NCBI RefSeq assembly: GCF_006345805.1
Contig: NC_042997.1
Span: forward strand, 129,828,001-129,892,000
DNA: 64,000 nucleotides
Reading direction: 5' to 3'
Source: Octopus sinensis
Taxonomy: Eukaryota
In this document: piece after piece, positions 39,511 through 54,137 of the stretch
Numbering within the stretch: position 1 is the stretch's first letter
Layout: every line of letters begins with the position of its first letter
Made by a program: the position numbers and the translations under genes
Notes under the pieces: generated by a model
The model's database searches: none
Told to the model about the DNA's origin: nothing
Seen by the model: the letters and a program-made list of their open reading frames with translations, nothing else

Positions 39511-40575
39511 TATGTATTGATACTTTTAAAAAAGTAGAATACTGGTGGAAAAGTCCATGAAAAATTGCAATCTTGTGTAAACAAAACAGACCTGATATTT
39601 CCCATTACAATAAAAAATCACATGTTATGTATTACTGCAAAGATTGGTTGACCAGTAAATGTGAATGTTTAATGTAAAGTAGTGGAAAATGAGAATATCA
39701 GTTGTCAATTAATAAGAAACTTACAACTTGAGTTTCTTGACTTTAAATTCTCAATTGAACATATTTTCATAGATACAATGACTCATGTAACAGCAGATTT
39801 GCATAAAAGCCTGGAGAAGCTGGGGGGTTTTCCAAACCAGAGCAAAGAAAACTAACTCAAGATTTGTAAGATTTTCCAAAGATTCTCCATTTGAAGACCC
39901 TGGAATGAGCATGTGCACTCACTCACATATGTGCATATAGCACACACATACACATGCATAGACACACACACACATGAAATGTAATCACATACACACACAT
40001 GCACCCATACTTACAGACACATGAAATGTAATCACACACACACTCATGTACTAAAGAAATATGTACACACATTGCATGAGTGCTGGTACTACCATACACA
40101 TATTATGTGTATTATGTACACATTAATTCACATATTCTCAACTATATGGACACTGTCTTATTCTTTAAAAAAAAAACCTGTGTCACTGGCCTGAATTTTG
40201 GGAAGAATGAAAGAATCTAAAGGAGAAACTGACCTACACATGTATGGAAACATATAGATACTAACATAACAAATATACATATACTGATAGGTACTGACAT
40301 ACATACATCAAACACACATAAATACTGAGATACGTGCATACATATGCATATAAATACTGGCGTGCACAAATACATATGCATGATACTGACATAAAAATAT
40401 AGATAGATATATTGACATACATAAGAAACTAACATACATACATACACATATAAACACAAAGCTATATATACTGATATACATGTATACAAACATATAAATA
40501 GTGCAATACATGCAAACATACATTTAGAGATACTGACACACACACACACACATATATATATTTATATATATATTG

Positions 40576-40627
<52 letters not shown>

Positions 40628-40831
40628 CATATATATATATATTGTATATATGTATATATATATTGTATATATGTATATATATATTGTGTGTATATATATA
40701 TATATATATATACAAGCATAAACATGGATACATACATACCCACACACAAACACACACACACTCACAAGCACAAACATTCACACACACTCACACAAACACA
40801 CTCTTACACACACCACACACACACACACACA

Positions 40832-40896
<65 letters not shown>

Positions 40897-41574
40897 GAAC
40901 ATATTTAAAAAAAACAAATATATCCAGATAAACATAGAGTACTGTTGAAGTGAGACTCCATTGTTGCTACTGATGGAATCATGATGCTGCTTCTCTTCTT
41001 CACTATCAGAAGCTTCAACAAAAATACAAGCAACTGCCTCTTGCTTCTTTCCTGGCTGTAATCTAAGAAATCAGTTTGGTATCTTGGTGCCATGACTCAA
41101 ATATTACCATAACAACTAGAGGCAATGAAAAGAATCTTATACTTAAAATTCTTCTCAGAAAACTGGCTTGCTGTTGGTGTTATTCACTGCAGCTAATGAT
41201 TGCAGTTACTAGAGAAAACCATAGCAGGATAAATATCGTAGTTTTCCTTGGTCATTAGGTTATAAATAATTAATTTTTTTTAACGAATCAGTTTCTAATT
41301 TCTGGTTGTAATAATAGATGCTGTGTATTTTTGATAATTATATAGTTTGTTGAATAATCAGTCAGCTGAAGATTCTGAATATATGAAGGAGGGTGTGTAA
41401 CTGGATCAATTGATCATTCCCTATTTTTCACAGTAAATTACTGGTACCTGTTGTATCATCTCTGACTGGATTTAAAATCAGAATGTAAAGGACATAACAA
41501 ATTACCATAAGGAGATTTTTCATGGAGCTCAACTAATTCCGTCAACCATCACTCTTCTTTGTATAATGGTAATG

Positions 41575-41620
<46 letters not shown>

Positions 41621-41689
41621 CGACGACAACAACAACAACAACAACAATGATGATGATGATGATGATGATAATAATAATAATAATAATCC

Positions 41690-41898
41690 TTTCTAATATA
41701 GGCAAAAGGCCTGAAATTTGTGGGAGGTGGTAAGTCAATTACATCGACCTCAGTGTTGAACTGGTACTTAATTTATTGACCTCAAATGGATGAAAGACAA
41801 AGTCAACCTCAGCGGAATTTGAACTCAGAATGTAAAGACAGATGAAATACCGCTAAACATTTCGCCTGGCATGCTAATGATTCTGCCAGTTCACCACC

Positions 41899-41957
<59 letters not shown>

Positions 41958-42375
41958 TTCAAATTTTGGCTCAAGGCCAGCAATTATGAAAAAGGGTTAA
42001 GTCAATTATATCGACCCCAGTGCTCAACTAGTTCATATTTTATTGTCCCTGATAAGATGAAAGGCAAAGTCAACCTTAACGTATGATAATAATAATGATA
42101 ATGATGATGGTGATAATGATGATGATGGTAATAACAACAATGATAATAATAACAGTTCAAAATTTTGGCACAAGGCCAGCAATATTGAGGTATGAGGAAA
42201 GTTGATATCGGCAACCTCAATACATAACTGGTGTTTTCTTTTGTTGACCTCAGAGGGCTGAAAGGCAAATTTACCCACAGAAGGAGATGAACTCAAAATG
42301 TAAAGAGTTAGAAGAAATATCAGAAGATATTATTTTGTCTGACATTCTAAACAAGCCTGCTAGCTCATTGCCTTA
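41690..42375 (-). mobile_element. Cluster of three SINE family A copies in AAT/GAT tracts
   Basis: Repeated GATGAAAG.CAAAGTCAACC and AATTTTGGC.CAAGGCCAGC. Confidence 0.75.
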
Positions 42376-42641
42376 AACAAGCAAGCAAATAATATCGACA
42401 TGATATTAAAAACAACAAACACACACACACACACACATTCTTTAATTTGTTTCAGTCATTTGACTGCAGCCATGCTGGAGCTCCACCTTTAAGGGTTTTA
42501 GTGGAACAAATCAACCCAAGATTTATTTTCAAAGCCTAGTACTTATTCTATCAGTCATTTTTGTTGAACTGCTAAGTTACGGGTACCTAAGTACTTCAAC
42601 ACCAGTTGTCATGTGATGAGGGGAGTCAAACACAGACACAA

Positions 42642-42716
<75 letters not shown>

Positions 42717-42959
42717 GAAACAAACACGCACACACACACACACGCACACACACACACACACACACATATTTATTGAGTTAGGAAACACTCATAAGGTTTT
42801 GGTTGACCCGAGGCTATAGAAGAAGAAATTCGCCTAAGGTGCCATGCTGTGGGACTGAACCCAGAACTATGTGGTTGGTAATCAAGCTACTTACCACACA
42901 GCCACTCCTGAACCCAGAACCATGGGGCTAGGAAGCAAATTTCTTATCACACAGCCATG

Positions 42960-43003
<44 letters not shown>

Positions 43004-43287
43004 TATGTATGTGTGTGTGTGCATGTATATATATATGTGTGTGTGTTTATATATATATACATATATATATACACCATTCGAGAGTTGGGTTTCATGGATG
43101 AAGGCAGTGACAAGTGACTGAAACTTTGATGATATGCTTGTGTAGACCTGTCAAGCCAAGTGTGACCATAATTGTGGACGATGCCAGCGTCAGGTCAATG
43201 GCACCTGTGCCAGTGGAACGTAAAAAATACCCACTATACTCTTGGAGTGGTTAGTGTTAGGAAGGGCATCCATCTGCAGAAACCTTG

Positions 43288-43410
43288 TTGATAATAATAT
43301 AAATTTTAGTTCATAGACCTAGTCCGAGACGTGGTGCCCTAGAGGCACTATGGTGCCTGTAAAGCACCACATCTCAAACTAGATTAATGAACTAAAATTT
43401 ATATTATCAA
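43288..43410. repeat. Short foldback
   Basis: TTGATAAT..ATAAATTTTAGTTCAT...GTGGTGC pairs with GCACCAC...ATGAACTAAAATTTATATTATCAA. Confidence 0.85.
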
Positions 43411-43599
43411 AAAATTTTTTAAATAATAAATTAGACTGATTAGAACCACCAGTGAAGTCATTCTTTTTCTTTTCTCAAATGTACTTAACTCTACCAAGGA
43501 TCTCACACATTTTCCAAAATATATATATATGTATATGTATGTATGTATGTATGTATTTATACACACACATGCACATATCTATATATGTACATACATATT

Positions 43600-43644
<45 letters not shown>

Positions 43645-44319
43645 GTGTATTACCTCCATCCCCCAATACCTTATCTACTCACACTTATATTAACTTTGGT
43701 AGAGTTATAAAACAACAACAGCAGCAACAACAATGCATACAACCATTTACAAAGCATTTATAGAAACAGATTAAATACTGTGACAAATAAGTGTTTTAAA
43801 TGTTATTTTGATTGTTCCTCATATCTCTCTAATCTGTGATTATCATATAATCTTTGAGAATAAAAGCACTTGTTGTTAATCTGTATAATCCAATAGGTTT
43901 TGTTTATAAATAAGTGTTATTTTATGGAGAGGATGTAGGTGTGTTACAGTCAAATGCTGTAAGGGATTACTGCAACAACATCTCAAGTTAAATAACATTA
44001 CAGAAGAAACAAACTAGTTTATTAAATCAGTTTTCTGAGCAAGATTAATCTTACTTTCTATGGTGAAATTTTATGTCACCCAACATACATAGTGAGTGTT
44101 AGTTTAAGAAACAGATTGCTATAAACACAGGTGTGGTTGTGTGAGTAAGAAATGTGCTTCCCTACCACATCGTTCTGGGTTCAATCCCACAGTGTGGTAC
44201 CTTTAACAAGTGTCTGCTGGTGTAGCTCTGAGCCAATCAGAGCCTAGTGAGTGGATTTGGTTGACAGAAACTGAAGGAAGCCCATTGCATTTGCATGTAT
44301 GTTTGTGAGCATGAATGTA

Positions 44320-45460
44320 CAGGGGTTGGACAAAATAATGGAAACAACTAGCATCATAGCATCATAATTTTGAAATATCTATAAAGCCATCAAAACTTGT
44401 TTATTTTTATGTTTTTTGATTTATTATTAGTGTTGCTTAATACATTTTGCAAAAATTGCAGTTTCTCTTCAGATATCATCAGAAAAAGTAATTAAAATTC
44501 ATTAAAATGACAGATCTATCAAACTTTCAAAGAGTTCAAATTGCTGGTGCTCGTATGGCAGGCGCTAGCATAACAAAAACAGCCAAAATGTCTGGTGTAT
44601 CAAAAAGTACTGTCTTGAAAGTAATGATAGCCTTTGAGAAAGAGGGAAAACCTCCTCGTTGAAACAAAACTCTGGAAGAAAACAAAAACTTTCAGATAGG
44701 GACTGTCAGATTCATACACAAATTGTTAGAAAGGATCACAAAAGTACAGCCCCCAAAATTACTGCAGAGCTTAATGACCACCTCAAGAATCCAGTCTCCT
44801 CAAAAACTGTTCACCGGAAGCTGCACAAAGCCAGATTTCACGGGAGGGCTTTCAAAAACAAACGTTGCAAAGTGTTTAGAGTGGTGTAAAAACCTACAGA
44901 ATTGGTCCCTAGAGCAGTGGAAGAATGTTATTTTCTTGAACGAGTCATCCTTTACCTTATTTCTTTCAACTGTTAAACATGGAGGGAGATCTGTGATGAT
45001 GGGGGGGGGGGTATATGTTGGAAATCTGCCAGCCCAATGGTTTCCCTTCATGGCAAAATTAATAGCCAAGACTATTTAAGCATTTTATCTGGTCAAATTC
45101 ATCCTATGGTTGCAGAACTGTTTCTAGAGGGAAACACATCTTTCAGGATGATAATGCACCAATTCACACAGCTAAAGTTGTTACTGAATGACACAAGGAA
45201 CATTCTAGTGAAGTTGAACATCTTATCTGGTCACCACAGTCTCCAGATCTCAATATTATTGAACATTTATGGTGCATTTTAGAAAAACAAGTAAGGAGTT
45301 GATATCCTCCACTATCATCATTACAAGAACTGGAGACTGTTTTAGCTGAAGAATGGACAAAAATTCCTTTGGAAACAATTCAAACTTTGTATGAGTCCAT
45401 ACCTCATAGAATTCAAGCTGTAATTACTGCCAAAGTTTCCATTATTTTGTCCAACCCCTG
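44320..45460 (+). mobile_element. Tc1-like transposon with decayed transposase (DD36E spacing)
   Basis: Perfect 26-bp TIRs CAGGGGTTGGACAAAATAATGGAAAC with TA TSDs. Peptides WKNVIFLNES, VKHGGRSVM and FQDDNAPIH...WSPQSPDLNIIEHLW. Confidence 0.93.
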
Positions 45461-45464
45461 TATG

Positions 45465-45792
45465 TATGCCTCAGTGTTAGAGCATCAGGCTCACAATCAT
45501 AAGGTAGTGAGTTCAATTTTTGGACCAGGTTGTGAGTCATCTTCTTGAGCAAGACACTTTATTTTATGTTGCTCTATCTCACTCAACTGTAGAAATGAGT
45601 TGCGCTGTCACTGGTGCCAGGCTCTAGTGGCCTTTGCCTTTCCCTTGGATAACATTGGTAGTGTGGAGAGAAGAGGCTGTATTCATGGGTGACTGCTGGT
45701 CTTCCACAAACAACCTTGCCCAGATTTGTACCATGGAGGGAAACTTTCTGGGTGCAATCCCATGGTCATCCATGACCAAAGGAGGTCTTTTT
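45465..45792 (+). mobile_element. tRNA-derived SINE, family D
   Basis: Head CTCAGTGTTAGAGCA...GAGTTCAAT and a CORE-like CTTGAGCAAGACACTTT segment. Confidence 0.6.
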
Positions 45793-46439
45793 GTATGTAT
45801 ATATGTATGTATGTATGTATGTATGGATGGATGGATGGATGGATGAATGGATGGATAGATGGATGGATGGATGTGTGTCTGGTGTGTGCGTGTGTGTGTA
45901 TGCATGCATGTATTTGTGTTACTGTCTCCTTGCTTTGCCAACATGTGATAGTTGTAAGCAAATGTCACCATTGTGTAAGCAGTGTCCTTCATTCCCAGTC
46001 TTCCGTGAAAACATGTCTGGTTATGGGGAAATATTACCTTACTAGGAAACAGACGAGGGTTGGTGACAGGAAGGACATCTGGTTGTAGAAAATCCACCTC
46101 AACAAAATTCTGTCTGACCTGTGTGAGCATGGAAAAATGGATGTAAAAATGATGATGATGATGATGATAAGTTGCCAGCTGGCACCAACATGATGCTACA
46201 TTATATTCAAAATTGTATGTAGTTTTCATACAATATAGAAACAGTAAACAAAGATAATAATTTTATAAAATTCTATGAAAAGATTATCAAAAATATATAC
46301 ACCATTATTGCTAGTATTTTGAAAACAGGCTCACACATGTATGTGCACACAGTTTTATACAGAGACAATGATATATTCTCAAATACACACACGCCACATG
46401 CACAAACAATATTTATTAGAAAAATCTTAGATAAAGTTA

Positions 46440-48260
46440 ATCTAGTTAGACTAGAGTTTGTAATGGCTATGCTGTTGAAAATATATTTTGCTTATATTTA
46501 CCTCGCAAACAGAAGAATAAGGAGATTGCCTTGACATGCTTCATTGCAAACTGTAGTCTAACTACAAAACATTTATCTTGAATTTTCTGATAAATATTGT
46601 GCATAAAAATATTAACGACATATATAATTATGCAGTCCAGTAATGCAGAATAGCTTAGTAATTTCAGTTCAGTACTAGTTTGTGATATATTTAAATAGTA
46701 ATCATTCTGAAGTGCTTGTTCTCTGAAGAGTGACAAATCAACCACATATCAGAGCAATTTCCTTATATTTCTATTTGTGAGGAAAACAACAAGATGTATG
46801 TATTTGTGTATTGATAGATGAACATATGTTCTTCATTTTTTAATTGATAAAAATTCTTCCTAGAAGGAGAGTATTGATTTCTAAGAAAAATACAGAAGTT
46901 CAATCATTGGAATTTGGATGATAGCAATGTTAATTGTTATATGTTTAACTTTAAGAAAGTCCTGTATATTTTTACTATTCCATTTACAAATCTCTCTAGA
47001 TATATAGCTGAAGTTGTCTGTGTATGGCAGGTTTGGTAGCTTTCAACTAACACTATCTCCTCCGAGACCCTGCGGCGCAAGTTGACCAAAATTGAAAGTA
47101 TGATAGAAGAAGGCTTGCTCTTCCTTCCGTAGAAGAAAAAATTCAAATCGAGCCATGTTAACACCAGAAATTATTTACATCAAAAAGGTGCTTTTTTTCT
47201 ATGAAAATCCCTATTGTTTACGATTTTTTGACTGCTGTGTTGCCATTTTTCGGTGTATTTCAACCAGAAAAATGTTCACTTAAAGAGAATAACAAGCTAC
47301 ATAGTGCAAAAGTTTTACTTTTCAAAAATTTCAATTCTAAAGGGTCAAAATAAACCCGAGCAACGCCAGGCGATACTGCGAGTTGTGTTTATAAAGTGTG
47401 GTTCAACCAGTCTCTTTTTTTGCTTGGAAATCCTAGCTTTTTCAGATTGTCACTTAGACATTTATAAACATAACCAAGTGCACCAGTAATTATGGGTATA
47501 AATGCAAATTTACAAACAAGGTAAAGAAGCTGCAATTATTGAAGCTGTAGTCCATAAATATTCTCCTTCTTGCCAAATTTGGAAGAGATGTACTCCTCTG
47601 CAGAGCAGCTAACCTCTTTAACAATATATGATTTCTATTGTCCCTAATAATTATTTTGGGTAAGTTATTTTTGCACTTGGTAGACATTTTGATTAACATT
47701 CTGTATACTGATATGTATGTATTCAATAACAGAGATGTTTATATTTATTCTTAGGCAATCTTCTCTGTAAATGGCATTGTATATTGTTTTAGTAATAACA
47801 ACATCATGTTGCAGCTGCTGGTAGCACCTTTATGACATTTTAAGCTGCTATTGATTACATGTGTTATGTCATCCATGGACAAGTGACATAATAGATATTT
47901 ACAGTTGAATCTAAGGAGTTTAAGGGATTCACTGTCCTGTTTGTTCAGGAGATGATATTTCATGGCTATCTCCTGCTCTTGTATTGCAGAAGTATAGTAT
48001 TCAAGATATGACATGAAGCAGTAGTTATTGGTCCAAGAGAAGTTACACTTCATATTGATATTATCATCCTCTTTAAGTTTATGGGAAACCTGCTCAAAAA
48101 TAACCTGTTTGTAGTATGTAGAAGTTTCTCTTTCAAGCTTTTGCTAAGATATGTTAGTCCTGCAACCTCTGGATTCTTATGGAGATCATTAGGAAATGAA
48201 TATTTCTTGAGCAGTTCACTATTGATCCACAGTTTGTTATTCATTTCATTTTCAGCACTT
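46440..48260 (-). pseudogene. Decayed coding sequence of unknown family, interrupted by a Helitron
   Basis: A chain of non-repetitive minus-strand ORF fragments (48244-47490 and 46745-46467) resembling 37880-39050. Confidence 0.5.
46991..47382 (+). mobile_element. Non-autonomous Helitron, second family
   Basis: The 5' end is A|TCTCTCTAGATATATA. The 3' end has a CCCGAGCAACGCCAGG hairpin then CGAG|T (CTAG-like). Confidence 0.7.
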
Positions 48261-48469
48261 TGATGATATATATATATATATATATATATACTTTTTGCTG
48301 CTATTGTTTAACTGCTGCTGTTACCTTGAGGATATTCCCTAGCTTCTCATCATCATTTTACACTTTGTCTGTACCACTCTATCCCTTACCCATATGTAAC
48401 ACAGGATAGCACTGCATCTCCTCCTATGCTATTTCACTCCCTACCTCATCACCCTTTTTATCATTCTCC

Positions 48470-48783
48470 TGGTGGCACATAAAAAGCACCATCCAAATGT
48501 GGCTGATGCCTGCACTGCCTGACTGGCGTCCATGTTGGTGACATGTAAAAAGCACCAACCAATCATGGCCGTTTGCCAGCCTCCTCTAGTCCCAGTGCCG
48601 GTGGCACGTAAAAAGCACCCACTACACTCATGGAATGGTTGGCATTAGGAAGGGCATCCACCCATAGAAACACTGCCAGATCAGACTGGAGCCTGGCGCA
48701 GCCACCTGGCTTCCCAGACCCTGGTTGAACCATCCAACCCATGCTAGCATGGAAAACGGACGTTAAACAATGATGATGATGAT
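48470..48783 (+). mobile_element. RTE 3' UTR copy
   Basis: Three GGTG.CAC.TAAAAAGCACC units plus the conserved tail and (GAT)n. Confidence 0.8.
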
Positions 48784-51259
48784 TCTCTCTCATCAATCTT
48801 ACTGACTTTGCCTGTACCCACTTCCAGCTTATCTTTCCTTCATGTACAACTTTACTCACCCATATATAACATGGAGCAGCAATCTATTTCATCTCATTCA
48901 ATCCTCCTCGCTATCCTATCTTTCTTTAATTTCTTTCACTAACCCTCTAACATACTAATTTACTCTTTTCCTTCTGTTACTCCTTCCCTAACACTGTCTG
49001 TACCCTCTCTCAGCGATAAATCTGTGTAACTCCAATATGAACACCCTCTTATCCAGGTGTTTTTCTATTATTAATGTCTCTTCACCTCATCAGCCATAAA
49101 ACCTTGAGTGAACAAACACATCATAAAGTAGTGATGACTCACTTATCAGATTGTGACATGGTAACCCCACTAATGTTGGTGCAACTATAAAATCCAGTGT
49201 GGACACTCTATAAAGTGATTGGCAAATGAACAGAAACAACATAGAGTTCGAGAGGGACCATTAGTGCTGGTGCCATTAAAGAGAAAGGAAGAGAAAGAAA
49301 AAGAGACAGAAAAATTTGGTAAGGATAGGGATTAGCTTTGAAGAACTTTACAATGTTTGAGAATAATAGAAGGGACATTGTTAGAATCGGGGACTGTGTT
49401 GGTTTCAAGTAATTGGATGTACTTTTGCACTTTGTGATATCTGATGTGTGTTTGCATATTTGTGTGTGTGTGAGTGTGTGCATGTGTGTGTCAGAGAGAG
49501 AGAAAGAGGGAGGGAGAGAGAGAGAGAAAGAGGGGAGAAAGAGAAAGGAAGAAACCCTTGAATATAGATAAGCTTCTGGTTAACTGAATCCCCTATTTCA
49601 CGGAGTCTAGTAATAGTTTTGGGAAAGTGATGAACGCTTCTAGTCACATTGTCCACCACTTGCAGTTAACATCGCTTATTATTTTGCTTGTGAAAGTTAA
49701 GCCATCGACCCTATGTTTGACACTAGATATAGGATAAATAAATAACCAACTTCATATACATAGCCCCAGTGACATACCCAGAGTATGTGCCATCCAGGAC
49801 TATCCTTGAGTTCCCAATCACACCCTTGGGCTCTGAACCCTATACAGACTTATACAGCAAACTCAGAAGTGCTGCCCCATAAAAGCATTGCCCTTGGCAG
49901 ACTGCCCCATTGCCCTTCACTACCTTAGTTGCATGACTGAATGCCTGACAGATTATTTGTGTATATGAGTGGAAGAGGTTTTGTTTATATGTGTATGTAT
50001 GCATACCCATACACATATAAAGATTCTTACACATATATACACATACAGAAAAAACGTTCACAAAGACAAAAACATTCACCAACACACATACACACATCAT
50101 CATACACACATTCACACACATGTACATACATTTGCTAATATGATATCATATTAAAGAGTAATTGGAGAAGTAAGTAGCTAAAACATGTGAAAAGTGTTGA
50201 CTTTATATAAAAGAACAAAATCTTTATCTCTGACCTTCTTCCTTTTCCACTTGGCTTTCCTTAGTTCAGTGGTCATTAATGAGCTGCAACTGACCAGCCA
50301 CTGCTATCAGAATATCTGCAGCAATTGCATGCACTCTACATGTAACACCATAGCTGATGATCTGTCACAGATAAGCTGACTATATTTTCCATAGGTTCAG
50401 TTCTACTTGTGAGATGTCAATAAGTGTGTTATGTCAGTTTTATTGTCAAATATACAACATTCAACTTGTCAATAGTCCAAAATAAAATGCTTCCTGTTCT
50501 ATTTTTATTCCCTGTTATTTCTGGTTGATTACTCCAGGATATTTCTACATAAGTCTGAAATAAGAACATCTCTGAGAACGTAAGGATTCTCAGTCATGCA
50601 TTGGTTGCTCAATTAATACCGTATCTATTTCGTTAATTCAAAGCTAATTATAGATGTGATTAAAAGTAGTACCTCTAATTATATATTATGTGTGCATGCG
50701 TGTTTGTTTCATCATCATTTATCATCGTTATTGATGTCAGTGTTGCCATCGGCCTCCTCCTCCTCTTCATCATCATCATCATCCCCACCACCACCACCTC
50801 CTCATCATCATCATCATCCTTGCCACTATCATTTAGTGTCCACTTTTCAATGCTTGTTTTGGTCAGAAGGAGTATATTGAGGCAGGTCACCAATCCTTAC
50901 CTGTTTCCAAGCAAGGTAATATTTTTCCTTGGCCAGACATGCTTCTTGGAAATGAATGACATTCATTTACAACAATCACAAAATGTCGAGACAAGGAGAC
51001 ACACAAATATACACACACTTACACATGCCCACATTTAACTACCCACTACATTCACAGAGTGGTTGGCGTTAGGAAGGGCATCCATCCGTAGAAACACTGC
51101 CAAATCAGACTGGAGCCTGGCGCAGCCTCCTGGCTTCCCAGACCCTGGTCGAACCGTTCAACCCATGCTAACATGAAAAATGGACGTTAAACGATGATGA
51201 TGATGATGATGATGATGATAAGATATTTGTAGACAGATTTATGCTTATAAAAAAAACCC

Positions 51260-52465
51260 AGATATATGACAACAGATAATAACTTTATTTATCAAAAAAT
51301 GCTATGAGGATAAACTTTCTTTTCTATAATGTTATTCAATAAAGCCATCTTCAGCTTCAACAACTGCTTCTATATGAGATCTAAATCATCTACATGCTCA
51401 AATCAAGTGGTCCTGATTCATTTTGGACATTACTCTGACTATGGTAGCTTTCATAGAATCTTTGGTGTTATGGGCATGTTCATTGACCTCTCTCTCAACA
51501 ACGCTCCACATGTGATAGTCCAATGGATCGAGATCTGGGGAATTAGGAGGCCAAATGTAGAGGTTATGTGATCATGAAAATTTTCAGCCATCCCTTCCTG
51601 TGTTACGAGAGCCATGTGTGATAGTGTAGAGTCTTACGAAAACACATATGGCCTTCCATTGTATACACTGTTTAACAATTATTTCTAGGACCTCAATGTA
51701 AGCAACAGAGTTAACTCTAAGCCCTTGTGGAAAGAAGTAAGGAGGCATTACATGTCCTTCATTGCTAACAACCCCTAAAACCATGACAGCTGCAGGAAAT
51801 TTTGTATGCATAACACTTGGAACTTCAGAAGGATCTGCATATAACCATCTGTCATTTCTTCTGTTAACTTTTTGATCTTGGTCTAAGTTTTTTGCTTTTG
51901 AGAAAAATCAAATCAAATCATTTGCTGGATTTTTCAGTTTGTTTAAGGACCTTTTAAATTTGATGTAGTGGTTTTCTTTTGCATTTTCTGATAAATTGAC
52001 CTTTCCTTATCATATAAGACTTATATCTGATGTCTTTATGGACAGCATTTCTGACTGTTCCTTCTGACACATGGAGATCTTTTGCGATTGACCTCATGGA
52101 CTTTCTGGGATTTTAATCAATGGTCTGTTGAACTTACTAAATAAATTCAGGTGCTCTGATGATTTCAAAGTGTTTAGAATGCTTTTTATGCTTTGATTCT
52201 AGTGATACGCTACCACCTTCAGTCTATAGCTCCTTACAAACTTTGTAGATGAAAGATCTGGCAACTTTTAAAACTCAAGATATTTCTAAATCACTATGTT
52301 CAGCCTTTATAACTACAACAATGGCATGTCTCTTTATTCCTTGAGTAAGCTGAGGGCCAGCCATTATTATTTTCTGAAGCAAAGATTATACAGAGTTAAC
52401 AAAAAATGCAGCAATGACCCCAAAAAGGTAAGTCCTCGTGTCCTCAAATACCTTACGCGCCATGT
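51260..52465 (-). mobile_element. Decayed maT/DD37D-like transposon, distinct subfamily
   Basis: Peptides TKFPAAVMVLGVVSNEGHVMPPYFFPQGLRVNS and IWPPNSPDLDPLDY. Confidence 0.8.
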
Positions 52466-52478
52466 ATATATATGTGTA

Positions 52479-52543
<65 letters not shown>

Positions 52544-52554
52544 CATATATATAT

Positions 52555-52596
<42 letters not shown>

Positions 52597-52603
52597 CATA
52601 CAT

Positions 52604-52702
<99 letters not shown>

Positions 52703-52763
52703 TAAAACGGTAAGATAACAAAAGAAAGAGACCTCAATATTATGTAAATAGAGGAAATTTATC

Positions 52764-53044
52764 TATAAAATAATATGTTACATTACTCGATAGTCAAGAT
52801 AAAACTCTGAGTTTCAGATGCCGAAGTGTGAATCCACAACGCCATCTCTTCAATTATCTGGCTATTTGAAAACGCCTTACACACAGAAGAATTTAATATG
52901 GATGCATATTACATAGATTATTCTATGAAGAGGCGTTTTAAAATAGCCAGATAACCAAAGAGATGGTGTTGTGGATTCACACTTCGGCATCTGAAACTCA
53001 GAGTTTTATCTTGACTATCGAGTAATGTAACATATTATTTTATA
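52764..53044. repeat. Foldback (~113-bp arms) between (TA)n tracts, with an HHR-like motif in each arm (52798-52858 minus; 52950-53010 plus)
   Basis: Arm consensus is GATAA (C/T)TGAAGA GATGG.G...CGGCATC T GAAA CTCAGAG TT TTATC. The left core is TTGAAGA and the right is CCAAAGA. A unique extension covers 52699-52763. Confidence 0.85.
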
Positions 53045-53304
53045 TATATATATATATTGGCATTAGGAAGGGCATCCAGCCATAGAAACCATGTCAAATC
53101 AGATTGGATTCTGGTGCAGTCCTCCAGTTTACCAGTTTCAGTCAAACAGTCTAACCCATGTCAGCATGGAAAGCAGACGCTAAATGATGATGATGACACA
53201 CCCACCCACCCACCCACACACATACATGAAAACATCTAAAAATCCGTAGGTCAGAAAAAAATATGCACTTATATTTTCATCAACAGAGTAGATATATCAA
53301 TTGA

Positions 53305-53637
53305 AGTGTACAGTATTATATATCCATAACAGTCAATCTTACCAATCAGTTTTGCACTGAGGATTCAACAAGATGTTAAGTAACAACCTCGTTGTGTAAC
53401 CCTGCATTTGTCAGAGTTGGCAGATATAGAAGAAAATGTGATGACTTCTCTCTGTCATCACAAAGCAGATGTGTATTGTCACTTCCAACAACAGAGAGCA
53501 GTCACCAGATTTCCTTCCATATTTGCCAGCCCTGACAACACAGGGTTACATAACTGGGATACTACTTAATATCTGGTTGAACCCCCAGTACAAAACTGAT
53601 TGGGATCGCCTGCACTAGATATATGATACTGTACACT
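53305..53637. repeat. Older imperfect foldback or MITE (~145-bp arms)
   Basis: AGTGTACAGTATTATATATC / GATATATGATACTGTACACT, CCAATCAGTTTTG / CAAAACTGATTGG and GTAACCCTG / CAGGGTTAC. Confidence 0.85.
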
Positions 53638-53659
53638 GTGATTCATATGCATACATACA

Positions 53660-53690
<31 letters not shown>

Positions 53691-53786
53691 GTACATACAT
53701 ACATATAAATGCTGCTATATAAATTCTATATAAAAATTATTCAGTACATTCTGTAAAGTGATTGGCATGATAATATATATATAATA

Positions 53787-53826
<40 letters not shown>

Positions 53827-54092
53827 TCTATATATATATATATCCTGTGCAGGTGGCACATAAAAAACACCATTAAGTGTGCCAGTACTGCCTCACTGGC
53901 CCTCATGCTGGAGGCTGGTGGCACATAAAAGCACTCATTACACTCTCAGAGTTGTTGGCATTAGGAAGGGCATCCAGCTGTAAAAACTCTACCAGATCAG
54001 ATTGGAGCCTGGTGCAGTTATCTGGTTCACCAGTTCTCAGTCAAATTGTCCAACCCATGCCAGCATAGAAAGCAAACATTAAATGATGATGA

Positions 54093-54137
<45 letters not shown>

